A DNA stretch of 64,000 bases from Eledone cirrhosa (Eukaryota), in NCBI GenBank assembly GCA_964016885.1, contig OZ024743.1:129828001-129892000 (forward strand), given 5' to 3'. How positions within the stretch are numbered: the stretch's first letter is position 1; every line of letters starts with the position of its first letter. This document shows positions 30,401-46,000 of the stretch, piece by piece. Below the pieces are notes generated by a model, which searched no databases, was not told the origin of the DNA, and saw only the letters and a list, made by a program, of their open reading frames with translations. Made by a program: the position numbers and the translations under genes.

Positions 30401-33400
30401 ACACCAAACACCTAACACCAAGCACCAAGCACCAAGCACCAAACACCAAGCACCAAACACCAAGCACCAAGCACCAAGCACCAAACACCAAGAACCAAGC
30501 ACCAAGCACCAAGCACCAAGTACAAACGCCAAGCACCAAACACCAAGCACCAAGCACCAAACACCAAGCACCAAGCACCAAACACCAAACACCAAACATC
30601 TAACACCAAGCACCAAGCACCAAGCACCAAACACCAAGCACCAAACACCAAGCACCAAGCACCAAGCACCAAGCACCAAACACCAAGCACCAAGCACCAA
30701 GCATCAAACACCAAGCATCAAAAACCAAACACCAAACACCAAGCACCAAACACCAAGCACCCTGCACCAAACACCAAGCACCAATCACCAAGCACCAAAC
30801 ATGAAGCACCAAGCTCCAAGCACCAAACACCAAGCACCAAACACCAAACACCAAGCACCATGCACCAAGCACCAAACACCAAACACCAAGCACCAAGCAC
30901 CAAACACCAAACACCAAGCACTAAATACCAAGCACCAAGCACCAAACAACAAGCACCAGGCACCAAACACCAAGCACCAAGCACCAAACGCCAAGCACCA
31001 AACACCAAGCACCAAGCACCAAGCACCAAACACCAAACGGCAAACACCAAACACCAAACAGCAAACAGCAAACAGCAAACACCAAGCACCAATCACCAAA
31101 CAACAAGCACCAGGCACCAAGCACTAAACACCAAACACCAAGCACCAAGCACCAAACACCAAACACCAAGCACCAAGCACCAAACACCAAGCACCAAACA
31201 GCAAACACCAAACACGAAACAGCAAACACCATACAGCAAACACCAAACACCAAAAAGCAGACACCAAACAGCAAACTCCAAACACCAAACACCAAACAGC
31301 AAACAGCAAACACCAAACACCAAGCACCAAACACCAAGTACCAAGCACCAAACACCAAGCACCAAGCACCAAATACCAAACCCCAAGCACCAAGCACCAA
31401 ACACTAATCACCAAGCACCAAGCACTAAGCACCAAACACCAAGCACCAAGCACCAAGCACCAAAAACCAAACACCAAGCACCAAAGACCAAGCACCAAGC
31501 ACCAAGCACCAAACACCAAGCACCAAGCACCAAACACCAAGCACCAAGCACCAAACACCAACCACCCAGCACCAAGCACCAATCACCAAACACCAAACAC
31601 CAAGCACCAAGCACCAAACACCAAGCACCAAGCACCAAACACCAAGCCCCAATCACCAAGCACCTTACACCAAGCACCAAGCACCAAGCACCTAGCACCA
31701 AAAACCAAACACCAAGCACCAAACACCAAACACCAAACACCAAGCACCAAGCACCAATCACCAAACAACAAGCACCAGGCACCAAGCACCAAACACCAAT
31801 CACCAAGCACCAAGCACCACTCACCAAAAAATAAGCACCAAGCACCAAACACCAAACACCAAGCACCAAACACCAAACACCAAACACCAAACACCAAACA
31901 GCAAACACCAAACACGAAACAGCAAACACAATACAGCAAACACCAAAAACCAAAAAGCAGACAGCAAATAGCAAACAGCAAACAGCAAACACCAAACACC
32001 AAACACCAAACAGCAAACACCAAACACCAAGCACCAAACACCAAGCACCAAGCACCAAACACCAAGCACCAAGCACCAAACACCAAACCCCAAGCTCCAA
32101 GCACCAAACACTAATCACCAAGCACCAAGCACCAAACACCAAGCACCAAGCACCAAACACCAAACACCAAGCACCAAAGACCAAGCACCAAGCACCAAGC
32201 ACCAAACACCAAGCACCAAGCACCAAACACCAAGCACCAAGCACCAAACGCCAACCACCCAGCACCAAGCACCAAGCACCAAACACAAAACACCAAGCAC
32301 CAGGCACCAAGCACCAAGCACCAAACACCAAACACCAAACACCAAGCACCAAGCACCAACCACCAACACCAAGTACCAAGCACCAAACACCAAGCACCAA
32401 ACACCAAGCACCAAGCACCTAGCACCTAACACCAAACACCAAGCACCAAGCACCAAACACCAAGCACCAATCACCAAGCACCAAACACCAAGCAGCAAGC
32501 AGCAAGCACCAAACACCAAACACCAAGCACCAAGCACCAAACACCAAGCACCAAGCACCAAACACCTAACATCTTACACCAAGCACCAAGCACCAAGCAC
32601 CAAGCACCAAACACCAAGCACCAAACACCAAACACCAAGCACCAAGCACCAAACACCAGGCACCAAGCACCAAACACCAAGCACCAAGCACCAAACACCA
32701 AACACCAAGCACCAAACACCAAACACCAAGCACCAAACACCTAACACCAAGCACCAAACACCAAGCACCAAGCACCAAGCACCTAGCACCAAACACCAAA
32801 CACCAAGCACCAAGCACCATTCACCAAGCACCAATCACCAAGCACCAAACCCCAAGCAGCAAGCAGCAAGCACCAAACACCAAACACCAAGCACCAAGCA
32901 CCAAACACCAAGCACCAAGCACCAAACACCTAACACCTTACACCAAACACCAAGCACCAAACACCAAGCACCAAGCACCAAACACCAAGCACCAAGCACC
33001 ATGCACCAAGCACCAAACACCAAACACCAAGCACCAAGCACTAAACACCAAGCACCAAGCACCGAACAACAAGCACCAGGCACCAAACACCAAGCACCAA
33101 GCACCAAACGCCAAGCACCAAACACCAAGCACCAAGCACCAAGCACCAAACACCAAACGGCAAACACCAAACACCAAACGCCAAGCACCAAACACCGAAC
33201 ACCAAGCACCAATCACAAAAAACAAGCACCAGGCACCAAGCACTAAACACCAAAAACCAAGCACCAAGCACCAAACACCAAGCACCAAAGACCAAACACC
33301 AAACAGCAAACACCAAACACCATACAGCAAACACCAAACACCAAAAAGCAGACACCAAACAGCAAACACCAAACCCCAAACACCAAGCACCAAGCACCAA

Positions 33401-34080
33401 ACACCAAGCACCAAAGACCAAACACCAAACAGCAAACACCATACAGCAAACACCAAACACCAAACACCAAAGAGCAAACAGCAAATACCAAACACCTAGC
33501 ACCAAACACCAAGTCCCAAGCACCAAACACCAAGCACCAAGCAGCAAACACCAAACCCCAAGCACCAAGCACCAAACACTAATCACCAAGCACCAAGCAC
33601 CAAGCACCAAATACCAAGCACCAAGCACCAAGAACCAAACACCAAACACCAAGCATGCAGCACCAAACACCAAGCACCAAGCACCAAGCACCAAAGACCA
33701 AGCACCAAGCACCAAGCACCAAGCACCAAAGACCAAGCACCAAGCACCAAACACCAAACACCAAGCACCAAGCACCAAACACCAAACACCAAGCACCAAA
33801 CACCAAACACCAAGCACCAAACACAAAGCACCAAGCACCAAACGCCAACCACCCAGCACCGAGCACCAAGCACCAAACACCAAGCAGCAAACACCAAACA
33901 GCAAACACCAAACACCAAACAGCAAACACCAAACACCAAGCACCAAGCACCAAACACCAAGCACCAAGCCCCAAACACCAAGCACCAAGCACCAAGCACC
34001 AAACACCAAGCCCCAAGCACCAAGCATCAAGCACCAAACACCAAGCACCAAGCACCAAACACCAAGCACCAAGCACCAAA
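21420..34080. repeat. Two-copy ~6.2-6.6 kb HOR, each copy built from two ~3.2-3.4 kb sub-units
   Basis: ORF pairs 24074/30600, 24192/30718, 24882/31408 and 25585/32111 have offset 6526; 22180/28754 has 6574; 26776/33001 has 6225. The landmark CACTAAT-CACCAAG-CACCAAG-CACTAAG lies near 21520, 24876, 28038, 31402, 34193 and 36831. Confidence 0.87.
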
Positions 34081-34689
34081 CACAAAACAGCAAACAGCAA
34101 ACAGCAAACACCAAGCACCAAACACCAAGTACCAAGCACCAAACACCAAGCACCAAGCACCAAATACCAAACCCCAAGCACCAAGCACCAAACACTAATC
34201 ACCAAGCACCAAGCACTAAGCACCAAACACCAAGCACCAAGCACCAAGCACCAAACACCAAACACCAAGCACCAAAGACCAAGCACCAAGCACCAAGCAC
34301 CAAACACCAAGCACCAAGCACCAAACACCAAGCACCAAGCACCAAACACCAACAACCCAGCACCAAGCACCAATCATCAAACACCAAACACCAAGCACCA
34401 AGCACCAAACACAAAGCACCAAGCACCAAACACCAAGCCCCAATCACCAAGCACCTTACACCAAGCACCAAGCACCAAGCACCTAGCACCAAAAACCAAA
34501 CACCAAGCACCAAACAACAAACACCAAACACCAAGCACCAAGCACCAATCACCAAACAACAAGCACCAAGCACCAAACACCAAATACCAAGCACCAAGCA
34601 CCAAACACCAAACACCAAACACCAAACACCAAACAGCAAACACCAAACACGAAACAGCAAACACCATACAGCAAACACCAAAAACCAAA

Positions 34690-37600
34690 AAGCAGACAGC
34701 AAATAGCAAACAGCAAACAGCAAACACCAAACACCAAACACCAAACAGCAAACACCAAACACCAAGCACCAAACACCAAGCACCAAGCACCAAACACCAA
34801 GCACCAAGCACAAAACACCAAACCCCAAGCTCCAAGCACCAAACACTAATCACCAAGCACCAAGCACCAAACACCAAGCACCAAGCACCAAACACCAAAC
34901 ACCAAGCACCAAAGACCAAGCACCAAGCACCAAGCACCAAACACCAAGCACCAAGCACCAAACACCAAGCACCAAGCACCAAACGCCAACCACCCAGCAC
35001 CAAGCACCAAGCACCAAACACAAAACACCAAGCACCAGGCACCAAGCACCAAGCACCAAACACCAAACACCAAACACCAAACACCAAGCACCAACCACCA
35101 AACACCAAGTACCAAGCACCAAACACCAAGCACCAAACACCAAGCACCAAGCACCTAGCACCTAACACCAAACACCAACCACCAAGCACCAAACACCAAG
35201 CACCAATCACCAAGCACCAAACACCAAGCAGCAAGCAGCAAGCACCAAACACCTAACACCAAGCACCAAACACCAAGCACCAAGCACCAAGCACCTAGCA
35301 CCAAACACCAAACACCAAGCACCAAGCACCAAACACCAAGCACCAATCACCAAGCACCAAACCCCAAGCAGCAAGCAGCAAGCACCAAACACCAAACACC
35401 AAGCACAAAGCACCAAACACCAAGCACCAAGCACCAAACACCTAACACCTTACACCAAACACCAAGCACCAAACACCAAGCACCAAGCACCAAACACCAA
35501 GCACCAAGCACCATGCACCAAACACCAAACACCAAACACCAAGCACCAAGCACCAAGCACCAAACTCCAAGCACCAAACACCAAGTACCAAGCACCAAGC
35601 ACCAAACACCAAGAACCAAGCACCAAGCACCAAGCACCAAGTACAAACACCAAGCACCAAGCACCAAACACCAAGCACCATGCACCAAGCACCAAACACC
35701 AAACACCAAGCACCAAGCACTAAACACCAAGCACCAAGCACCGAACAACAAGCACCAGGCACCAAACACCAAGCACCAAGCACCAAACGCCAAGCACCAA
35801 ACACCAAGCACCAAGCACCAAGCACCAAACACCAAACGGCAAACACCAAACACCAAACGCCAAGCACCAAACACCAAACACCAAGCACCAATCACAAAAC
35901 AACAAGCACCAGGCACCAAGCACTAAACACCAAAAACCAAGCACCAAGCACCAAACGCCAAGCACCAAAGACCAAACACCAAACAGCAAACACCAAACAC
36001 GAAACAGCAAACACCATACAGCAAACACCAAACACCAAAAAGCAGACACCAAACAGCAAACACCAAACCCCAAACACCAAGCACCAAGCACCAAACACCA
36101 AGCACCAAAGACCAAACACCAAACAGCAAAGACCAAACACGAAACAGCAAACACCATACAGCAAACACCAAACACCAAACACCAAAAAGCAAACAGCAAA
36201 TACCCAACACCTAGCACCAAACACCAAGTACCAAGCACCAAACACCAAGCACCAAGCAGCAAACACCAAACCCCAAGCACCAAGCACCAAACACTAATCA
36301 CCAAGCACCAAGCACCAAGCACCAAATACCAAGCACCAAGCACCAAGAACCAAACACCAAACACCAAGCATGCAGCACCAAACACCAAGCACCAAACACC
36401 AAGCACCAAAGACCAAGCACCAAGCACCAAGCACCAAAGACCAAGCACCAAGCACCAAACACCAAACACCAAGCACCAAGCACCAAACACCAAACACCAA
36501 GCACCAAACACCAAACACCAAGCACCAAACACAAAGCACCAAGCACCAAACGCCAACCACCCAGCACCGAGCACCAAGCACCAAACACCAAGCAGCAAAC
36601 ACCAAACAGCAAACACCAAACACCAAACAGCAAACACCAAACACCAAGCACCAAGCACCAAACACCAAGCACCAAGCCCCAAACACCAAGCACCAAGCAC
36701 CAAGCACCAAACACCAAGCCCCAAGCACCAAGCATCAAGCACCAAACACCAAGCACCAAGCACCAAACACCAAGCACCAAGCACCAAACGCCAACCACCC
36801 AGCACCAAACCCCAAGCACCAAGCACCAAACACTAATCACCAAGCACCAAGCACTAAGCACCAAACACCAAGCACCAAGCACCAAGCACCAAACACCAAA
36901 CACCAAGCACCAAAGACCAAGCACCAAGCACCAAGCACCAAACACCAAGCACCAAGCACCAAACACCAAGCACCAAGCACCGAACAACAACAACCCAGCA
37001 CCAAGCACCAATCACCAAACACCAAACACCAAGCACCAAGCACCAAACACCAAGCACCAAGCACCAAACACCAAGCCCCAATCACCAAGCACCTTACACC
37101 AAGCACCAAGCACCAAGCACCTAGCACCAAAAACCAAACACCAAGCACCAAACACCAAACACCAAACACCAAGCACCAAGCACCAATCACCAAACAACAA
37201 GCACCAGGCACCAAGCACCAAACACCAAGCACCAAGCACCAATCACCAAACAACAAGCACCAAGCACCAAACACCAAACACCAAGCACCAAGCACCAAAC
37301 ACCAAACACCAAACACCAAACACCAAACACCAAACAGCAAACACCAAACACGAAACAACAAACACCAAAAACCAAAAAGCAGACAGCAAATAGCAAACAG
37401 CAAACAGCAAACACCAAACACCAAACACCAAACAGCAAACACCAAACACCAAGCACCAAACACCAAGCACCAAGCACCAAACACCAAGCACCAAGCACCA
37501 AACACCAAACCCCAAGCTCCAAGCACCAAACACTAATCACCAAGCACCAAGCACCAAACACCAAGCACCAAGCACCAAACACCAAACACCAAGCACCAAA

Positions 37601-39255
37601 GACCAAGCACCAATCACCAAGCACCAAACACCAAGCACCAAGCACCAAACACCAAGCACCAAGCACCAAACGCCAACCACCCAGCACCAAGCACCAAGCA
37701 CCAAACAGAAAACACCAAGCACCAGGCACCAAGCACCAAGCACCAAACACCAAACACCAAACACCAAACACCAAGCACCAACCACCAAACACCAAGTACC
37801 AAGCACCAAACACCAAGCACCAAACACCAAGCACCAAGCACCTAGCACCTAACACCAAACACCAAGCACCAAGCACCAAACACCAAGCACCAATCACCAA
37901 GCACCAAACACCAAGCAGCAAGCAGCAAGCACCAAACACCTAACACCAAGCACCAAACACCAAGCACCAAGCACCAAGCACCTAGCACCAAACACCAAAC
38001 ACCAAGCACCAAGCACCAAACACCAAGCACCAATCACCAAGCACCAAACCCCAAGCAGCAAGCAGCAAGCACCAAACACCAAACACCAAGCACCAAGCAC
38101 CAAACACCAAACACCAAGCACCAAACACCTAACACCTTACACCAAACACCAAGCACCAAACACCAAGCACCAAGCACCAAACACCAAGCACCAAGCACCA
38201 TGCACCAAACACCAAACACCAAACACCAAGCACCAAGCACCAAGCACCAAACTCCAAGCACCAAACACCAAGTACCAAGCACCAAGCACCAAACACCAAG
38301 AACCAAGCACCAAGCACCAAGCACCAAGTACAAACACCAAGCACCAAGCACCAAACACCAAGCACCATGCACCAAGCACCAAACACCAAACACCAAGCAC
38401 CAAGCACTAAACACCAAGCACCAAGCACCGAACAACAAGCACCAGGCACCAAACACCAAGCACCAAGCACCAAACGCCAAGCACCAAACACCAAGCATCA
38501 AGCACCAAGCACCAAACACCAAACGGCAAACACCAAACACCAAACGCCAAGCACCAAACACCAAACACCAAGCACCAATCACAAAACAACAAGCACCAGG
38601 CACCAAGCACTAAACACCAAAAACCAAGCACCAAGCACCAAACACCAAGCACCAAAGACCAAACACCAAACAGCAAACACCAAACACGAAACAGCAAACA
38701 CCATACAGCAAACACCAAACACCAAAAAGCAGACACCAAACAGCAAACACCAAACCCCAAATACCAAGCACCAAGCACCAAACACCAAGCACCAAAGACC
38801 AAACACCAAACAGCAAAGACCAAACACGAAACAGCAAACACCATACAGCAAACACCAAACACCAAACACCAAACAGCAAACAGCAAATACCAAACACCAA
38901 TCACCAAACACCAAGTACCAAGCACCAAACACCAAGCACCAAGCAGCAAACACCAAACCCCAAGCACCAAGCACCAAACACTAATCACCAAGCACCAAGC
39001 ACCAAGCACCAAATACCAAGCACCAAGCACCACGAACCAAACACCAAACACCAAGCATGCAGCACCAAACACCAAGCACCAAGCACCAAGCACCAAAGAC
39101 CAAGCACCAAGCACCAAGCACCAAAGACCAAGCACCAAGCACCAAACACCAAACACCAAGCACCAAGCACCAAACACCAAACACCAAGCACCAAACACCA
39201 AACACCAAGCACCAAACACCAAGCACCAAGCACCAAACGCCAACCACCCAGCACC
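34690..39255. repeat. 2,687-bp higher-order duplication
   Basis: ORF pairs 34850/37537, 35155/37842, 35347/38034, 35680/38367 and 36370/39057 all have offset 2687. Confidence 0.9.
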
Positions 39256-42200
39256 AAACACCAAACACCAAACACCAAACACCAAGCACCAAGCACCAAA
39301 CACCAAACACCAAGCACCAAGCACCTAGCACCAAACACCAAACACCAAGCACCAAGCACCAAACACCAAGCACCAATCACCAAGCACCAAACACCAAGCA
39401 CCAAGCACCAAGCACCAAACACCAAGCACCAAATACCAAACACCAAACACCAAGCACCAAGCACCAAACACCAAGCAGCAAACACCAAACAGCAAACACC
39501 AAACACCAAACAGCAAACACCAAACACCAAGCACCAAGCACCAAACACCAAGCACCAAGCCCCAAACACCAAGCACCAAGCACCAAGCACCAAACACCAA
39601 GCCCCAAGCACCAAGCACCAAGCACCAAACACCAAGCACCAAGCACCAAACACCAAGCACCAAGCACCAAACGGCAACCACCCAGCACCAAGCACCAAGC
39701 ACCAAACACCAAACACCAAACACCAAACACCAAGCACCAAGCACCAAACACCAAACACCAAGCACCAAGCACCTAGCACCAAACACCAAACACCAAGCAC
39801 CAAGCACCAAACACCAAGCACCAATCACCAAGCACCAAACACCAAGCACCAAGCACCAAGCACCAAACACCAAGCACCAAATACCAAACACCAAACACCA
39901 AGCACCAAGCACCAAACACCAAGCACCAAGCACCAAACACCAAGCACCAAACATCAAACACCAAGCACCAAGCACCAAACACCAAACACCAGGCACCAAG
40001 CACCAAACACCAAGCACCAAGCACCAAACACCAAGCACCAAGCACCAAGCACCAAACACCAAGCACCAAAAACCTAACACCAAGCACCAAGCACCAAGCA
40101 CCAAACACCAAGCAGCAAACACCAAACACCAAGCACCAAACACCAAGCACCAAGCACCAAGCACCAAGCACCAAACACCAAACACCAAGCACCAAGCACC
40201 AAGCATCAAACACCAAGCATCAAAAACCAAACACCAAACACCAAGCACCAAACACCAAGCACCAAGCACCAAGCACCAAACACCAAGCACCAAGCTCCAA
40301 GCACCAAACACCAAGCTCCAAACACCAAACACCAAGAACAATGCACCAAACACCAAGCACTAAACACCAAACACCAAACACCAAACACCAAGCAACAAGC
40401 ACCAAACAACAAGCACCAGGCACCAAACACCAAGCACCAAGCACCAAGCACCAAACACCAAGCACCAAAGACCAAACACCAAACAGCAAAGACCAAACAC
40501 GAAACAGCAAACACCATACAGCAAACACCAAACACCAAACACCAAACTGCAAACAGCAAACACCAAACACCAAGCATCAAACACCAAGTACCAAGCACCA
40601 AACACCAAGCACCAAGCACCAAACACCAAACCCCAAGTACCAAGCACCAAACACTAATCACCAAGCACCAAGCACCAAGCACCAAATACCAAGCACCCAG
40701 CACCAAACACAAAACACCAAGCATGCAGCACCAAACACCAAGCACCAAGCACCAAGCACTAAACACCAAGCACCAAGCACCAAACACCAAACACCAAACA
40801 CCAAGCACCAAGCACCAAACACCAAACACCAAGCACCAGACACCAAGCACCAAACACCAAACACCAAACACCAAGCACCAAGCACCAATCACCAAACAAC
40901 AAGCACCAAGCACCAAGCACCAAGCACCAAAGACCAAAGACCAAACAGGAAACACCAAACACCAAACACCAAACACAAAACAACAAACACCAAACACGAA
41001 ACAGCAAACACCATACAGCAAACACCAAACACCAAAAAGCAGACAGCAAACAGCAAACACCAAACACCAAACAGCAAACACCAAGCACCAAACACCAAGC
41101 ACCAAGCACCGAACACCAAACCCCAAGCACCAAGCACCAAACACTAATCACCAAGTACCAAGCACCAAACACCAAGCACCAACCACCAAACACCAAACAC
41201 CAAGCACCAAAGACCAAGCACCAAGCACCAAACCCCAAGCACCAAGCATCAAAAACCAAACACCAAGCACCAGGCACCAAGCACCAAGCACCAAACACCA
41301 AGCACCAAACCCCAAGCACCAAAGACCAAAGACCAAACAGGAAACACCAAACACCAAACACCAAACACCAAACAACAAATACCAAACACGAAACAGCAAA
41401 CACCATACAGCAAACACCAAACACCAAAAATCAGACAGCAAACAGCAAACACCAAACACCAAACAGCAAACACCAAGCACCAAACACCAAGCACCAAGCA
41501 CCAAGCACCAAGCACCAAACACCAAGCACCAAGCACCAAACACCAAGCACCAAGCACCAAACGCCAACCACCCAGCACCAAGCACCAAGCACCAAACACC
41601 AAACACCAAACACCAAGCACCAAGCACCAAGCACCAAACACCAAGCCCCAAGTACCAAGCACCAAACACCAAGCACCAAACACCAAGCACCAAGCACCAA
41701 GCACCTAGCACCAAACACCAAATACCAAGCACCAAGCACCAATCACCAAGCACCAAACCCCAAGCAGCAAGCAGCAAGCACCAAACACCAAACACCAAGC
41801 ACCAAGCACCAAACACCAAGCACCAAGCACCAAACACCTAACACCTTACACCAAGCACCAAGCACCAAGCACCAAACACGAAGCACCAAGCACCAAACAC
41901 CAAGCACCAAGCACCAAGCACCAAACACCAAACACCAAGCACCAAGCACCAAGCACCAAACACCAAGCACCAAACACCAAGCACCAGGCACCAAGCACCA
42001 AACACCAAGAACCAAGCACCAAGCACCAAGTACAAACACCAAGCACCAAGCACCAAGCACCAAGCATCAAACACCAAGCATCAAAAACCAAACACCAAAC
42101 ACCAAGCACCAAACACCAAGCACCCTGCACCAAACACCAAGCACCAATCACCAAGCAGCAAACACGAAGCACCAAGCTCCAAGCACCAAACACCAAGCAC

Positions 42201-43089
42201 CAAACACCAAGCACCATGCACCAAGCACCAAACACCAAACACCAAGCACCAAGCACCAAACACCAAACACCAAGCACTAAACACCAAGCACCAAGCACCA
42301 AACAACAAGCACCAGGCACCAAACACCAATCACCAAGCACCAAACACCAAACGGCAAACTCCAAACACCAAACAGCAAACAGCAAACACCAAACACCAAG
42401 CACCAATCACCAAACAACAAGCACCAGGCACCAAGCACTAAACACCAAACACCAAACACCAAGCACCAAGCACCAAACACCAAACACCAAGCACCAAGCA
42501 CCAAACACCAAGCACCAAAGACCAAACACCAAACAGCAAACACCAAACACGAAACAGCAAACACCATACAGCAAACACCAAACACCATACAGCAAACACC
42601 AAACACCAAAAAGCAAACAGCAAACACCAAACACCAAGCACCAAACACTAAGTACCAAGCACCAAACACCAAGCACCAAGCACCAAACACCAAACCCCAA
42701 GCACCAAGCACCAAGCACCAAGCACCAATCACAAAACACCAAGCACCAAAGACCAAGCACCAAGCACCAAGCACCAACCACCAAGCACCAAGCACCAAAC
42801 ACCAAGCCCCAAGCACCAAGCACCTTACACCAAACACCAAGCACCCTGCACCAAGCACCAAGCACCTAGCACCAAAAACCAAACACCAAGCACCAAACAC
42901 CAAACACCAAACACCAAGCACCAAGCACCAATCACCAAACAACAAGCACCAGGCACCAAGCACCAAACACCAAACACCAAGCACCAAGCACCAATCACCA
43001 AACAACAAGCACCAAGCACCAAACACCAAACACCAAGCACCAAGCATCAAACACCAAACACCAAGCACCAAGCACCAAACACCAAGCAC

Positions 43090-46000
43090 CAAAGACCAAA
43101 GACCAAACAGGAAACACCAAACACCAAACACCAAACAGCAAACACCAAACACGAAACAGCAAACACCATACAGCAAACACCAAAGAGCAAACACCAAACA
43201 CCAAACACCAAGCACCAAGCACCAAACACCAAGCACCAAGCACCAAACACCAAACCCCAAGCACCAAGCACCAAACACTAATCACCAAGCACCAAGCACC
43301 AAACACCAAGCACCAAGCACCAAACACCAAACACCAAGCACCAAAGACCAAGCACCAAGCACCAAGCACCAAACACCAAGCACCAAGCACCAAGCACCAG
43401 GCTCCAAGCACCAAGCACCAAACACCAAACACCAAACACCAAGCACCAAGCACCAACCTCCAAACACCAAGTACCAACATCAAACACCAAGCACCAAACA
43501 CCAAGCACCAAGCACCAAGCACCAAGCACCAAGCACCAAACACCAAACACCAAACACCAAGCACCAAGCACCAAGCACCAAACACCAAGCCCCAAGTACC
43601 AAGCACCAAACACCAAGCACCAAACACCAAGCACCAAGCACCAAGCACCTAGCACCAAACACCAAGCACCAATCACCAAGCACCAAACCCCAAGCAGCAA
43701 GCAGCAAGCACCAAACACCAAACACCAAACACCAAGCACCAAGCACCAAAGACCAAGCACCAAGCACCAAACACCTAACACCTTACACCAAGCACCAAGC
43801 ACCAAGCACCAACCACCAAACACCAAGCAACAGGCACCAAGCACCAAACACCAAGCACCAAGCACCAAACACCAAGCACCAAGCACCAAGCACCAAACAC
43901 CAAACACCTAACACCAAGCACCAAGCACCGAGCACCAAACACCAAGCACCAAACACCAAGCACCAAGCACCAAGCACCAAACACCAAGAACCAAGCACCA
44001 AGCACCAAGCACCAAGTACAAACACCAAGCACCAAACACCAAACACCAAGCACCAAGCACCAAGCATCAAATACCAAGCATCAAAAACCAAACACCAAAG
44101 ACCAAGCACCAAACACCAAGCACCCTGCACCAAACACCAAGCACCAATAACCAAGCACCAAACATGAAGCACCAAGCTCCAAGCACCAAACACCAAGCAC
44201 CAAACACCAAACAGCAAGCACCATGCACCAAGCACCAAACACCAAACCCAAAGCACCAAGCACCAAACACCAAACACCAAGCACTAAACACCAAGCACCA
44301 AGCACCAAACAACAAGCACCAGGCACCAAACACCAAGCACCAAGCACCAAACGCCAAGCACCAAACACCAAGCACCAAGCACCAAGCACCAAACACCAAA
44401 CGGCAAACACCAAACACCAAACAGCAAACAGCAAACACCAAACATCAAGCACCAATCACCAAACAACAAGCACCAGGAACCAAGCACTAAACACCAAACA
44501 CCAAGCACCAAGCACCAAACACCAAACACCAAGCACCAAGCACCAAACACCAAGCACCAAAGACCAAACACCAAACAGCAAACACCAAACACGAAACAGC
44601 AAACACCATACAGCAAACACCAAACACCAAAAAGCAGACACCAAACAGCAAACACCAAACACCAAACACCAAACAGCAAACAGCTAACACCAAACACCAA
44701 GCACCAAACACCAAGTACCAAGCACCAAACACCAAGCACCAAGCACCAAACACCAAACCCCAAGCACCAAGCACCAAACACTAATCACCAAGCACCAAGC
44801 ACAAAGCACCAAACACCAAGCACCAAGAACCAACCACCAAACACCAAACACCAAGCACCAAAGACCAAGCACCAAGCACCAAGCACCAAACACCAAGCAC
44901 CAAGCACCAAACACCAAGCACCAAGCACCAAACACCAACCACCCAGCACCAAGCACCAAACACCAATCACCAAGCACCAAACACCAAGCCCCAAGCACCA
45001 AGCACCTTACACCAAGCACCAAGCACCAAGAACCTAGCACCAAAAACCAAACACCAAGCACCAAACACCAAACACCAAACACCAAACACCAAACACCATG
45101 CACCAAGCACCAATCACCAAACAACAAGCACCAGGCACCAAGCACCAAACACCAAACACAAAGCACCAAGCACCAATCACCAAACAACAAGCACCAAGCA
45201 CCAAACACCAAACACCAAGCACCAAGCACCAAACACCAAGCACCAAGCACCAAACACCAAGCACCAAAGACGAAAGACCAAACAGGAAACACCAAACACC
45301 AAACACCAAACACCAAACAGCAAACACCAAACACGAAACAGCAAACACCATACAGCAAACACCAAACACCAAGCACCAAGCACCAAACACCAAGCACCAA
45401 GCACCAAACACCAAACCCCAAGCACCAAGCACCAAACACTAATCACCAAGCACCAAGCACCAAACACCAAGCACCAAGCACCAAACACCAAACACCAAGC
45501 ACCAAAGACCAAGCACCAAGCACCAAGCACCAAACACCAAGCACCAAGCACCAAGCACCAGGCTCCAAGCACCAAGCACCAAACACCAAACACCAAACAC
45601 CAAGCACCAAGCACCAACCTCCAAACACCAAGTACCAACATCAAACACCAAGCACCAAACACCAAGCACCAAGCACCAAGCACCAAGCACCAAGCACCAA
45701 ACACCAAACACCAAACACCAAGCACCAAGCACCAAGCACCAAACACCAAGCCCCAAGTACCAAGCACCAAACACCAAGCACCAAACACCAAGCACCAAGC
45801 ACCAAGCACCTAGCACCAAACACCAAGCACCAATCACCAAGCACCAAACCCCAAGCAGCAAGCAGCAAGCACCAAACACCAAACACCAAGCACCAAGCAC
45901 CAAAGACCAAGCACCAAGCACCAAACACCTAACACCTTACACCAAGCACCAAGCACCAAGCACCAACCACCAAACACCAAGCAACAGGCACCAAGCACCA

